Source: Flavobacteriales bacterium (lineage in GTDB: Bacteria > Bacteroidota > Bacteroidia > Flavobacteriales_F > PHOS-HE28). Taken from it: a stretch of 64,000 nt of DNA. The notes beneath the pieces were generated by a model. That model saw only the letters and a list, made by a program, of their open reading frames with translations. It searched no databases and was not told the origin of the DNA. This document shows positions 26,999 through 36,381 of the stretch, one piece after another. The stretch lies in contig JADJCX010000006.1 in NCBI GenBank assembly GCA_016703005.1, forward strand, positions 145,563 to 209,562, written 5' to 3'. Positions within the stretch are counted from its first letter, which is position 1; every line of letters starts with the position of its first letter. The position numbers were made by a program, and so were the translations under genes.

Positions 26999-27676
26999 AT
27001 GGCCCGTTACCTCATCGAACCTGATCCCGGTCTTGTCCTCCGCGACCCCGCGAGCCCCATGGGCAGCCGTATCCTCTCGGAAGGCCTGGTCCTCATGAAC
27101 GGGATCGGCCTGGAGGCCTTCACCTTCAAGAAGCTGGCTGAACAGATCGGCTGTACGGAGGTAACCGTGTACCATTACTTCGCGAACAAGCAGCGATTGC
27201 TGCAATACTACTTCCAAGTTTACTGGCTGTGGTTGGCCACGCACTGCCAGCAGGAAGGCAAGGGACTGAAGGATCCCATCGAGCGCCTGCGAGGGGATAT
27301 CAAGGCCATTTGTGGAATGTGGCCCGCCGATGCCCGTGCCACCCAATTCGACCCGCACGACCTGCGCCGCTTGGTGATCAACGAAGGGTCGAAATCCTTC
27401 ATGCACAAGAACGTCGACTCGGACAATGAACTGAAGCTCTTCAAGCCATACAAGGACCTGTGCGCGCACATCGCCATGGAAGTGAAGGCAGGCTCCCCAC
27501 GTATGAAGCACGCGCGCTCCTTCGCAACCACACTTGTGGAAATGGCGCACTCGTTGGAGTTCGCCATGGAACACTTGCCAGCGCTCACTGAGCTCAGTGA
27601 GAGGAAGGACCGCAAACAGCTCGCGGCCTACTTGTGCGATCTAACAGAGCGCTACCTGAGAGCCTCTGCCAGCTAA
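26999..27676 (+). CDS. TetR/AcrR family transcriptional regulator
   Basis: The HTH region is GIGLEAFTFKKLAEQIGCTEVTVYHYFANKQRLL. The start is uncertain: ATG at 26951, 26999 or 27059. Confidence 0.85.
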   Translation: MARYLIEPDPGLVLRDPASPMGSRILSEGLVLMNGIGLEAFTFKKLAEQIGCTEVTVYHYFANKQRLLQYYFQVYWLWLATHCQQEGKGLKDPIERLRGDIKAICGMWPADARATQFDPHDLRRLVINEGSKSFMHKNVDSDNELKLFKPYKDLCAHIAMEVKAGSPRMKHARSFATTLVEMAHSLEFAMEHLPALTELSERKDRKQLAAYLCDLTERYLRASAS

Positions 27677-28162
27677 AGCAACGCGGTCGCCGGAACATCA
27701 CCGGCCACCACTTTTCCGTCCAGCAGTTTGATCGTGCGTTGCGCGTAACCCGCATCGCGCAAGCTGTGCGTTACGATGATGACCGTGGTGCCTGCTTTAT
27801 TCAGTTCGGTGAGCAGGTTCATCACCTCCTCACCCATCGCGCTGTCGAGGTGCCGCTACGGTGAGCTCATCTATAAGGTTGAAGCTCTGGAACACGAGGC
27901 CGATGGTGTTCTTGCGCACCTCCGCACGCTTGCGCTCGTTGTATCCGCTCACATCCTCACCAGCAACGAAGTAGCTGCCGCTGCTGGGCGAGTCGAGCAG
28001 GCCGATGATGTTGAGCAGTGTTGACTTGCCACAGCCGCTAGGGCCCATGATGGCGACGAACTCACCTTGACCTATAGCGATGTCCACGGCGTTCAGCGCG
28101 GTGGTTTCCACCGTGTCGGTGCGGTACACTTTGGAGAGGTTCTGGGTTTTGAGGAGGCTCAT
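27673..28162 (-). pseudogene. MacB/LolD-type ABC ATPase gene with an internal deletion
   Basis: The N-terminal fragment (27830-28162) has Walker A GPSGCGKST and runs through FQSFNLIDELTV. A second frame (27673 to about 27855) encodes HLDSAMGEEVMNLLTELNKAGTTVIIVTHS...KLLDGKVV. The signature motif and Walker B are absent. Confidence 0.8.
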
Positions 28163-28257
28163 GGTTGAAAGTTTGCTTGGTTAAAGGCTTCGAGCTTCGG
28201 GCCGCGAGCTTGCAATAGCAACAAGTAGCACGCAGCACGTGGCTCATGGCTCGTAGC

Positions 28258-29505
28258 TCATTGGATCACGAGTTCATCGGCATCGTTGAATTGCACATAT
28301 CGGCTGGTTACAACACGATCACCGGGTTGCAGCCCTTCAAGCACTTCGTACATGTCCGGGTTCTGGCGGCCCAGCTTCACTGCGCGCTTGGTGCCCGTGC
28401 CTTCGGCATCGACCACATAAACCCATTGGCCACCGGTGTCTTGGAAGAAGGGTCCGCGCGGTAGCATCACGGCTTGCATGTCCTCGCTCAACTGCAACCG
28501 CACTTGGAACGTCTGTCCGCGACGGATGCCCTCAGGTGCCGCTTCCACGAAACGCAGGTCCACATCGAACTCGCCATTGCTCACTTCCGGGTACACCTTG
28601 AAGATCTCGATCGCGTGCTCTTTCCCTGCGTGCGTGAACGTTCCGTGCAAGCCGATGCTGATGCGGCTCACATAATGTTCGGGGATCCGCGCCCGTACCT
28701 TGAAGCCATCCAGTACATCGATCTGCGCGATGCGCTCCCCACGTTGCTTGGTCTGTCCAAGTTCAACGTTCAGGCCGCTGAGCTGACCGTCGATCGGAGC
28801 CTTGATAACGAGGTTCTGCAAGTTCTCGCGCAGGAAGGCGAGGTTCTGGTCGATGAGGAGCAGGTTGTTGGTGATAGATCCCACTTGGCTCAACCGGAAC
28901 AGCGAATCGCTGCGCACATTCGCAACAACAAGCTTGCGCTTCTCGCGCATGTACTGAAGGTTCTCGCTGTTGCCGAGGTAGACGTTCTGCGCAAGCAAGG
29001 AATCCTTCACCAAACGGTCGTCGATCTTCTGGTCGCGCTCCAGCCGCTTCAGGTCTTTATCAAGGTTCAGCAGTTCGTCTTTCAGGCGCGTAGTCTGTTG
29101 GTCCATGGCCAGCCTCGTGTTGCGCAGGTTGTTCTGCTGGTCGAGCAGTTGCGCTTCGCGGTTGATCGCATCCATATGCAGTTGTGGATTGCTCAGTTCG
29201 ATGATCGCCTCGCCGGCTTTCACCATGTGGCCATCTTCCACGAAGCGCTTCTTCACCGTACCACCTTCGGGCGCATCGAGGAAGACCGTTTGGATGGGTT
29301 GCACGGTACCGGTCACGGGTATGAACTCGCGGAACATGCCCTTCTCCACGGTGCCGATCTGCACCTTGGCTTCCTCCACGCGCACGCGACTTGTCGTGAA
29401 TGAACTGCTCCAGAAGGCTATGGCGATGAGGGCGATGCCGCCCAAACAACCGAGGGCGATCATGCGCTTGCGGCGCGCGGGGCGGGTATCGATAGCTCTA
29501 TCCAT
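28258..29505 (-). CDS. efflux transporter periplasmic adaptor, HlyD/MacA-like
   Basis: ATG at 29505 followed by a TM anchor (MIALGCLGGIALIAIAFW). A coiled-coil hairpin is present, and the C-terminal domain is GDRVVTSRY. It lies directly upstream of the ATPase remnant. Confidence 0.85.
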   Translation of the reverse strand: MDRAIDTRPARRKRMIALGCLGGIALIAIAFWSSSFTTSRVRVEEAKVQIGTVEKGMFREFIPVTGTVQPIQTVFLDAPEGGTVKKRFVEDGHMVKAGEAIIELSNPQLHMDAINREAQLLDQQNNLRNTRLAMDQQTTRLKDELLNLDKDLKRLERDQKIDDRLVKDSLLAQNVYLGNSENLQYMREKRKLVVANVRSDSLFRLSQVGSITNNLLLIDQNLAFLRENLQNLVIKAPIDGQLSGLNVELGQTKQRGERIAQIDVLDGFKVRARIPEHYVSRISIGLHGTFTHAGKEHAIEIFKVYPEVSNGEFDVDLRFVEAAPEGIRRGQTFQVRLQLSEDMQAVMLPRGPFFQDTGGQWVYVVDAEGTGTKRAVKLGRQNPDMYEVLEGLQPGDRVVTSRYVQFNDADELVIQ

Positions 29506-29742
29506 ACACAAGAGTATTGACGTCCGAGCAGGAAGGACATCAGCAACAAGGGGGCGCAATGTTCTTCATCGGAAGAACCAAGCGAAAGAGATATGTGCGG
29601 GCCAGCGGCACGTGTGACGAACGGTTTACACGGTCCGGGGTACGTTTTCCACCCCGGAACACGTTTTGACAAGGCACTTGTTGAAGATGTACGACCGCGA
29701 CCTGTTACCTATCGATGGCCAGCGCGTCCTTTGAACAACCAG

Positions 29743-30987
29743 ATGAAGCGACTCCTTTCCGTTCTGCTCCTTAGCATCTCCATTCCGTTGCACAGCACTG
29801 CGCAGGATTGCAGTGTCGATTTCGTGGCGCAACGCTTCAGAACCACTGTTGAGCGCAATGTGGAATACACCAAAGCATTGAACTATCGCGGCGTGATGGA
29901 CACGCTGCGCATGAACGTTTGGAAGCCGGTGAACGACGGGCTTACCGAGCGTCCGGTCATCATTTTCGCTCACGGCGGCGGCTTTATGGGCGGGCATCGC
30001 AACACGCTCGATAGCCTTTGTCGCACCTGGGCCTCGCGCGGCTATGTAGCAGCCACGATCAGTTATCGGTTGGGCTTCTTCGCGCCATGGCCCAAGCGTA
30101 TGCCGTATACGTACGACCGCGCTGAGGTGGTGCGCGCCGCGTGCCGCGCGACCATGGATATGCGCACCGCCATCCGTTTCCTCAAAGGGCGCGCGGCGAA
30201 GGACCGCAGCAGCACGGAGGACTTTTTCGTAGGTGGATTCAGCGCTGGTGGCATCACAGCACTGCACGCCACCTTCATGGACAAAGTGGAAGAGATACCG
30301 GTGGAATGCGGGGAGATGGGCATGGTGTACGAGAAACTCTCCTCGTTCCAGCGCCCGGACCTTGGCGTGAAGAAAAGTGAGATGGACCCGAGTGCCGGCG
30401 ACGCGAGTGTGAAGGCGTGCCTGAGTTTTTTCGGCGCGTTGCTCGATACCAAGTACGTGGATGATGAGGACGGCCCGGCGCTGTTCACCTATCACCAAGT
30501 AGGCGATCCCGTGGTAGGCTGCGGCGAACAACCCGCCCTATGGGGCTTGCGGCTCGAGATGAGCACCAACTACCCCAAGCTGCACGGTGCGTGCGACATC
30601 GACGACCGCGCGGATGAACTTGAGCTTCATGCGGACCGTTACCAAGCCTACATCCACCAAGGCCCCGATCACGCCGTGCACGATGGCGCTACCATCGATA
30701 GCCTCGCAGCAGTTTTTCTCGCTCAACAGATCTGCCCGCGCAAGACCTTCAGCATGACCATGCCGCGCAAACCATTGCCCAATGAAGTACCGAGCCTACA
30801 CAGAGACAACCCCGGTACCCATGCCACTGATAGTGCAGGTCGGCCGCCGATCGTGGGCATCGGTGAACGGTGGCTGCGTCGCACCATCGAGAAGCAATTG
30901 GAAGCCAAACAGATGGAGGATGGGATCGGCAACGCCTTGATACAGGAGGCCATGCGCCGCTGGACCGAGAGCATTGTGGAGCCGTGA
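29743..30987 (+). CDS. secreted alpha/beta hydrolase (carboxylesterase-like) with an unexplained C-terminal extension
   Basis: ATG at 29743 with signal peptide MKRLLSVLLLSISIPLHSTAQ. Oxyanion-hole motif IFAHGGGFMGG and nucleophile elbow GGFSAGG are present. The last 80-90 aa resemble nothing in the fold. Confidence 0.75.
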   Translation: MKRLLSVLLLSISIPLHSTAQDCSVDFVAQRFRTTVERNVEYTKALNYRGVMDTLRMNVWKPVNDGLTERPVIIFAHGGGFMGGHRNTLDSLCRTWASRGYVAATISYRLGFFAPWPKRMPYTYDRAEVVRAACRATMDMRTAIRFLKGRAAKDRSSTEDFFVGGFSAGGITALHATFMDKVEEIPVECGEMGMVYEKLSSFQRPDLGVKKSEMDPSAGDASVKACLSFFGALLDTKYVDDEDGPALFTYHQVGDPVVGCGEQPALWGLRLEMSTNYPKLHGACDIDDRADELELHADRYQAYIHQGPDHAVHDGATIDSLAAVFLAQQICPRKTFSMTMPRKPLPNEVPSLHRDNPGTHATDSAGRPPIVGIGERWLRRTIEKQLEAKQMEDGIGNALIQEAMRRWTESIVEP

Positions 30988-31066
30988 AGCACACGAACGT
31001 TTGGTCGGCTGTGGTCGGAGCCTCTCCTTGGGAGAGGGCAGGCGCTTCGTCCTGATCATGTCGGGG

Positions 31067-31507
31067 TCAGGCCAGTTTCGCCTCCAAGGTGATCGGCACG
31101 GCCTTCAATGCTTGGCTGATCGGACAACCGTTCTTCGCATCTTCAGCGAACCGTTGGAAGTCCTCTGGGCTGATGCCTTTCACGCGACCGGTCAATTCCA
31201 AATGGATGCCGACGATACCTTGACCATCGCCTACTTTATCCAGTTTCACGTTAGCAGTGCAGGTCAGTTCATCCGCTGTGTGGCCACCGGCGCCGAGCAC
31301 GAAGCTCAACTTCATCGTGAAGCACGATGCGTGGGCGGCTGCGATCAACTCCTCGGGATTCGTACCGGCCTTTCCGTCTTCGCTCACGAAGCGGGTGAGG
31401 AAACTGTGCGGGGCGTCCTTCAGTACACCACTGGTGCTGGTAACCGTTCCGCTTCCTTCTTTACCAGATCCTTTCCACGTAGCCGTGGAACGTCGTGTCA
31501 ATGCCAT
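31067..31507 (-). CDS. osmC: OsmC family peroxiredoxin
   Basis: ATG at 31507 (MALTRRSTATWKGSG). OsmC motifs: NPEELIAAAHASCFTM and AKNGCPISQAL. Confidence 0.9.
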   Translation of the reverse strand: MALTRRSTATWKGSGKEGSGTVTSTSGVLKDAPHSFLTRFVSEDGKAGTNPEELIAAAHASCFTMKLSFVLGAGGHTADELTCTANVKLDKVGDGQGIVGIHLELTGRVKGISPEDFQRFAEDAKNGCPISQALKAVPITLEAKLA

Positions 31508-31574
31508 GGTGATTGTTCGTTTGAGGCCACGAAGTTGCGCACCAGTTCGTTCGGGAATACGCGGGGCTTCAAAT

Positions 31575-31607
31575 GAGCATGGCCCGGTCTTCGACCGGGC
31601 CATGCTC
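31575..31607 (-). terminator. strong hairpin downstream of the lipoprotein gene (candidate terminator)
   Basis: GAGCATGGCCCGGT...ACCGGGCCATGCTC forms a stem of 14-15 bp, 20 nt after the stop at 31628. It is conserved, with compensatory changes, at 32700-32733. Confidence 0.55.
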
Positions 31608-31627
31608 CTCCCAAACCTGACTTCAGT

Positions 31628-32617
31628 TCACAAGCCCTGCAAGTCCTGCTGATACTGCGCCAGCGTAGTGGGTTGTAGGGTGATCGTTTGCTGGTGGTTC
31701 TCTGTGATGGTGATCGGCGCAAAGGCGGAATGATATGTCCCGCCTTGCTCCGATAAAGCGACGACCGTGCCCTGCAGCCCCACCCGCACTGGGAAGCCAG
31801 CGCGAACCGTGTTGCCGCTCCAAAGCTCTTGGTACACCATACAATTAATATCGGGTAGAACGATCCACACCGAGGTTCCCCAATTCCCAAAGCCTGGTGG
31901 CACAGTGATGGTCACGTCGGTACTGTCGCCTCCCGGTGGAAGCGGATGATCGCAATTGATGAAATCGAACGGCGGCCAATTGCTACCGAACGTGTTGGCA
32001 GGCCACGGTGCGGTGTAGAAATTTCCCGGCACCCATCCTTGGCCTCCGGCGCTGTCCAGAAAGAACACGCCACCCGTGTCGGCGAGCAGATCACCATCCT
32101 GCTCCCAGAGGATATCCCCGTCGTCATCCTCCGCTCCGATGTACCGGTCCATCAAGGGATCGATACTGGCGGCAGGTACATGGATCTGCACCGCTCCCTG
32201 GGCCACCGTCACTTGCTGGCCATTCGCCTCAGCGCGCACACGCACCTCACCACCACTCTGTAGAATGCCTTTGTCGTTGTTGGGATAGCGTACCACGGTT
32301 TGCATGTTCAACCACACCATTTCCGCGGGTTCCATCACCTCGACCAAATGGATCGAGACCGGTCCGTTGACCACGGCGCCGGCGTTGGTGCGGAAGGCGT
32401 TCGGTTGCACCGTTATGATCGTTCCATGCGCACCGAACACGGTGCCACCCTGTGTTGCGTCGACAAAGTAGGTCTGGTCAGCATCGGTGCGGTTCTGTTC
32501 GAAGAGCGCGCGTAGTGGATCAACGGACGGCACTCCTGCCGGGTAATACTCCTTGCTGCAACCGGTGATCGCTGCGACTGTCGCGAGCATCACCACAACG
32601 GATTTCGTGGACTTCAT
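31628..32617 (-). CDS. hypothetical lipoprotein (paralog family A, intact copy)
   Basis: 329 aa with lipobox MLATVAAITGCSK. It is a paralog of the disrupted gene at 32756-33686, sharing blocks such as PNAFR..G..V.G.V...LVE and INCD. Confidence 0.7.
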   Translation of the reverse strand: MKSTKSVVVMLATVAAITGCSKEYYPAGVPSVDPLRALFEQNRTDADQTYFVDATQGGTVFGAHGTIITVQPNAFRTNAGAVVNGPVSIHLVEVMEPAEMVWLNMQTVVRYPNNDKGILQSGGEVRVRAEANGQQVTVAQGAVQIHVPAASIDPLMDRYIGAEDDDGDILWEQDGDLLADTGGVFFLDSAGGQGWVPGNFYTAPWPANTFGSNWPPFDFINCDHPLPPGGDSTDVTITVPPGFGNWGTSVWIVLPDINCMVYQELWSGNTVRAGFPVRVGLQGTVVALSEQGGTYHSAFAPITITENHQQTITLQPTTLAQYQQDLQGL

Positions 32618-32699
32618 CTCGGTTCTTCGTTAAGGGTTCAGCGCTATGACGCGCTGAACCGCAGGAACCGCTGCCTGTCGTTGTAACCGTCCGACAAAT

Positions 32700-32733
32700 G
32701 AGCAAGGCCCGGTCTCCCGACCGGGCCTTGCTC
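32700..32733 (-). terminator. hairpin downstream of the disrupted paralog (candidate terminator)
   Basis: GAGCAAGGCCCGGTC...GACCGGGCCTTGCTC. It has the same architecture and flanking sequence as 31575-31607, with a T:A to A:T swap in the stem. Confidence 0.5.
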
Positions 32734-32755
32734 CCTCCCGAACCAACCTGACCTA

Positions 32756-33686
32756 TCAAAGAGCCTGACAATCCGCGTTGAACTGCGCGAGCGTTGTGGG
32801 CTGATACGTGATCGTCTCGTTGTGCCCAACTACCAGCGTGGAATTCGTGAACGACGAGTAATAGTCGCCGTTGATCAATGCCAAGGAAACCAGCGTAACC
32901 CCCATACCCACTGGCGCTGCATAGCTCGTTCCGGTAGCGAAAGTGGATGGGCCCGCATTGTAGCCCCCTATGTTGGTCATGGAGTTGATACTGGGGAACA
33001 CGACCCAAACGATGGTGTTCTGATCATTGTGAACCTGCGGAACAGTAACCGTGATCGTGGTGAGCGGTCCACCCAGTTACCGAAGTAGTCGCAATTGATC
33101 CAACCGAGCGAATCGTTCGGAAATGCATACGCGCCACTATCGATGACAAGATTCCCGCCCCCGTCGAACGGATCCCAAATGATCGTTCCGTCCGCATCCA
33201 CCGTACCGCTGAACAACTCCATTTGCGGATCCGGGTTGGCCGATGGTATCTGCACATATGAACCGCCCGGGGCGAGTTTGACCGGTTGTCCGGCCTGCGA
33301 CGCTGTCAAGCGGATCGGCCACCGCTCGTTAACGGCTTCAGTGTTCCGTTGTCATTTCCCACAGCCTGTTTGTTCAAGAACAACATATCCGCGATCGTCA
33401 GGGCCTCGACAAGTTCCACCTGAACATTCCCTGTGACCACTGTTCCGTCCGCATACCTGAACGCGTTGGGTACGAAAACCACCGTGGTGCCATCCGCGCC
33501 CTGCACCGTTCCTCCGGTGCTGGCATTCACATTGAATGACTGTGTGGCTGCCGCTATGTTGTTCTCGAAGATCTGCCGAAGCGGACTAAGCGACGCAGGC
33601 CCTGGGCCGTAGTTCGTTTCCTTGTTGCACGCAACGACCACCAGCGCGACGGTGATCATGGACAGGCTCAAATGTTTGGTCTTCAT
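32756..33686 (-). pseudogene. lipoprotein paralog (family A) disrupted by two frameshifts
   Basis: Three consecutive ORFs (33306-33716, 32977-33309, 32756-33001) align in order to the 31628-32617 protein. The frames change at the GG run 33317-33318 and the CCC run 33071-33073. Lipobox VALVVVACNK. Confidence 0.75.
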
Positions 33687-33758
33687 GTCGGACTTCGTTA
33701 AAGGTTTCAGCACCATGATGCGTGAAGCGTGAAGGCCGCTGCCCAGGGTGCCAACTTT

Positions 33759-35216
33759 TTATTCCCCGGCCCGCACAATACGCCGATCCACGAAGGCCCA
33801 AAGACCGAGGAACGTAAGGCCACCGTTCACAAGCAACGTCTCGAACCCCATTTGGTAACCACCGAGCAGAAACACGGAGTTATCGCGGAGGAAGTAGGTG
33901 ATCACTGCGGCAGCAACACAGATGAACGGGACGAGCACCTCGCGCGGCTTGCCCTTGCCGAACAAACCGAACGCGAACAATCCAAGCAAGGGTCCGTAGG
34001 TGATAGCCGCCAGGTCGAAGAGCGTCTTGACGATGGTGCCATCCTTGCGGGCGAAGAACCACATGATGCAGCCCATGAAGACGACCGCCATCAACAAGTG
34101 AACGGTTCGTCGCACGCGGCGCTGCTTGACTTCATCCCATCCCCGATCGCGAATGCCGATGAGGTCGATGCAGGTGCTGGCGGTGAGGGCAGTGAGCGCA
34201 CCATCGGCGCTTGGGAACAAGGCGCTGATGAGGCCTACGATGAAGAGCAACCCGAGCCATGGTGGGAAGTGTTGCAGGGCCATCATTGGGAACAGGTCAT
34301 CGCTCTTCTCTGGAGCAGCCAAGCCCATTTGCCCGGCCTTCAACCACAACAATGCGCCCAGCAACAGAAAGAGGATGTTGACTACGAGCAGGATCACACT
34401 GAAAACACGCATGTTCTTCTGCGCACCACCTACCGTGCGCACACTGAGGTTCTTCTGCATCATCTCCTGATCGAGACCGGTCATGACGATGGTGATGAAC
34501 ATGCCGCTGACCACTTGCTTGAGGAAGTAGCTGTTGCTCTTCCAGTCGAAGTTCCACACCTGCATCATACCGCTATCGCTCAGTGCGGTGCTCCAGCCCT
34601 CCATGCCTGTACTATTGACGATGTACACGATCGCGCCCAAAAGCGCTGCAAGCATGAACAGGGTTTGCAGGGTGTCCGTCCACACGATCGTCTTCACCCC
34701 GCCCTGCAACGTGTAGAGCACGATCATGAGCATCACTACCGCTGCGGTGAGCCAGAACGGAATGCCGAGCGCTTCGAGGGTGAACACATGGATCACGTTC
34801 AGCACGACATAGATGCGCAACGTTGCACCCATGAGCCGACTGAGGATGAACCATGACGCGCCCGTGCGGTAGCTGACCAACCCGAAACGCTCGCGCAGGT
34901 ACCCATAGATGCTCGTCAGTTGCATGCGGTAGTACAAGGGCAACAGCACCCCGGCCACGATCCAATAGCCGATCGCAAAACCGATGACCAATTGCAGATA
35001 GCCCCAGTGACCCGCCTGCACCGCGCCCGGAACACTGATGAAGGTGACCCCGCTGAGCGACGTGCCGATCATACCGAAGGCCACCACCCACCAGAGGCTC
35101 TTGCGCTCACCGCTGTAGAACGCATGTTCGCCTGCACCGCGGCTGGTGTACCATGCGATCCCGAGCAGCAACAGAAAATAGCCGAAGACGATGGAGAGGA
35201 GGAGAGTCGGACTCAT
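33759..35216 (-). CDS. sodium:solute symporter family (SSF) transporter
   Basis: ATG at 35216 (MSPTLLLSIVFGYFLLLLGIAWYTSRG). There are about 13 TM helices and the SSF-type N-terminal motif. A GTG at 35231 is an alternative start. Confidence 0.88.
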   Translation of the reverse strand: MSPTLLLSIVFGYFLLLLGIAWYTSRGAGEHAFYSGERKSLWWVVAFGMIGTSLSGVTFISVPGAVQAGHWGYLQLVIGFAIGYWIVAGVLLPLYYRMQLTSIYGYLRERFGLVSYRTGASWFILSRLMGATLRIYVVLNVIHVFTLEALGIPFWLTAAVVMLMIVLYTLQGGVKTIVWTDTLQTLFMLAALLGAIVYIVNSTGMEGWSTALSDSGMMQVWNFDWKSNSYFLKQVVSGMFITIVMTGLDQEMMQKNLSVRTVGGAQKNMRVFSVILLVVNILFLLLGALLWLKAGQMGLAAPEKSDDLFPMMALQHFPPWLGLLFIVGLISALFPSADGALTALTASTCIDLIGIRDRGWDEVKQRRVRRTVHLLMAVVFMGCIMWFFARKDGTIVKTLFDLAAITYGPLLGLFAFGLFGKGKPREVLVPFICVAAAVITYFLRDNSVFLLGGYQMGFETLLVNGGLTFLGLWAFVDRRIVRAGE

Positions 35217-35267
35217 GGCGCTAAAGAACACGCTCGGAGCAACGGTGGTAGGAGTCCCTGCCGCGTG

Positions 35268-36308
35268 TTATGAACGCACCCGCGTCACTCCATGCACGCG
35301 CACCTCTCTCCGCCTACCCTTCACCGGCAGGATCTGTTCGGGGCCGATCACAAAACGATCGCTTACGTCGCCCAAACGTTCCAGCAGTTCGGTGCTCACG
35401 AGCAACTGCTCGTTAAGATCCTTGCACAAGCCGAGCATGCGGCTTACGGCGTTCATGACATCGCCACTATGATCGATGGCCCGCTTGATGTGACCGACCT
35501 GTGCGGTGATCACACGGCCGCCATGCACGGCTGCTCGGAACTTGGGCACCGCACCGAACTCATCCTTGAACGCCTGATCGTGTTCCGCGATACGGTCGGC
35601 GATATCGAAACATAGGTCGAGGCAATTGTGATGGCGTGCACCAGCGCGCATGGTCCACGTGAAGATCACTTCGTCGCCAACGTACTTGTGGATCTCGGCC
35701 TCATTGTGCAGCACGGCATCGCTCATCAGCGAGTGCGTGAAATTCAAGAAGCGGAAGTATCGCAGGTCGCCCATGCGTTCGGCCAGGGCCGTGCTGCCTT
35801 GCAGGTCCATAGTAAGAACGATGCGCTCGTGGGCCTTCGGCTTATCGTACCAACCAAGCAGCGAACCGAAAAGCATGCGCCTTCCGATGGCCTCTTCCAA
35901 CTGCACAGCGACAATGGTGACCGATGTGATCACCAACATGCGCAACATCAACAGGTAGAACGGTTGCATGCTGAAAACCTCGCCCATGCTGACACCGTCC
36001 CCTTGCAACCAAGGGAAGACCTTCTCGCGGCCCATGGCGAATGCCATGGCGATGATGCCGAAGGTGAGCACGTTCACCAACAACACTTTGCCCAGCAGCT
36101 GCAACGGAATGGGCAAGGCCCTGAACCGGCGGCCAAAGAGGAATTCTTCCAATATGCCGGTCCACAGCCCAAGCAAAACCCAGCCGAAGTGCCAAATGCG
36201 CAACGTTTCCCCTGCGAACAGCAATAGCACACCCGCTATGGCACCCGCTAGCACAGCGTACTTCAGCAGCTTTCGCAGCTTGTAGCGGGTAATGTTCGTA
36301 AGCGCCAT
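35268..36308 (-). CDS. membrane-anchored class III adenylate/guanylate cyclase
   Basis: A multi-TM N-terminal region is followed by the catalytic domain, with IVLTMDLQGSTALAE, KYVGDEVIFTW, RAAVHGGRVITAQVG and GDVMNAVSRM. Confidence 0.85.
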   Translation of the reverse strand: MALTNITRYKLRKLLKYAVLAGAIAGVLLLFAGETLRIWHFGWVLLGLWTGILEEFLFGRRFRALPIPLQLLGKVLLVNVLTFGIIAMAFAMGREKVFPWLQGDGVSMGEVFSMQPFYLLMLRMLVITSVTIVAVQLEEAIGRRMLFGSLLGWYDKPKAHERIVLTMDLQGSTALAERMGDLRYFRFLNFTHSLMSDAVLHNEAEIHKYVGDEVIFTWTMRAGARHHNCLDLCFDIADRIAEHDQAFKDEFGAVPKFRAAVHGGRVITAQVGHIKRAIDHSGDVMNAVSRMLGLCKDLNEQLLVSTELLERLGDVSDRFVIGPEQILPVKGRRREVRVHGVTRVRS

Positions 36309-36381
36309 GGAACGGGGCGCGAATGTAGCGGGGTCCTATGCCGTCATCTTTGCGGCCCTGTTACCGCTTGCCCTAAAGGAC

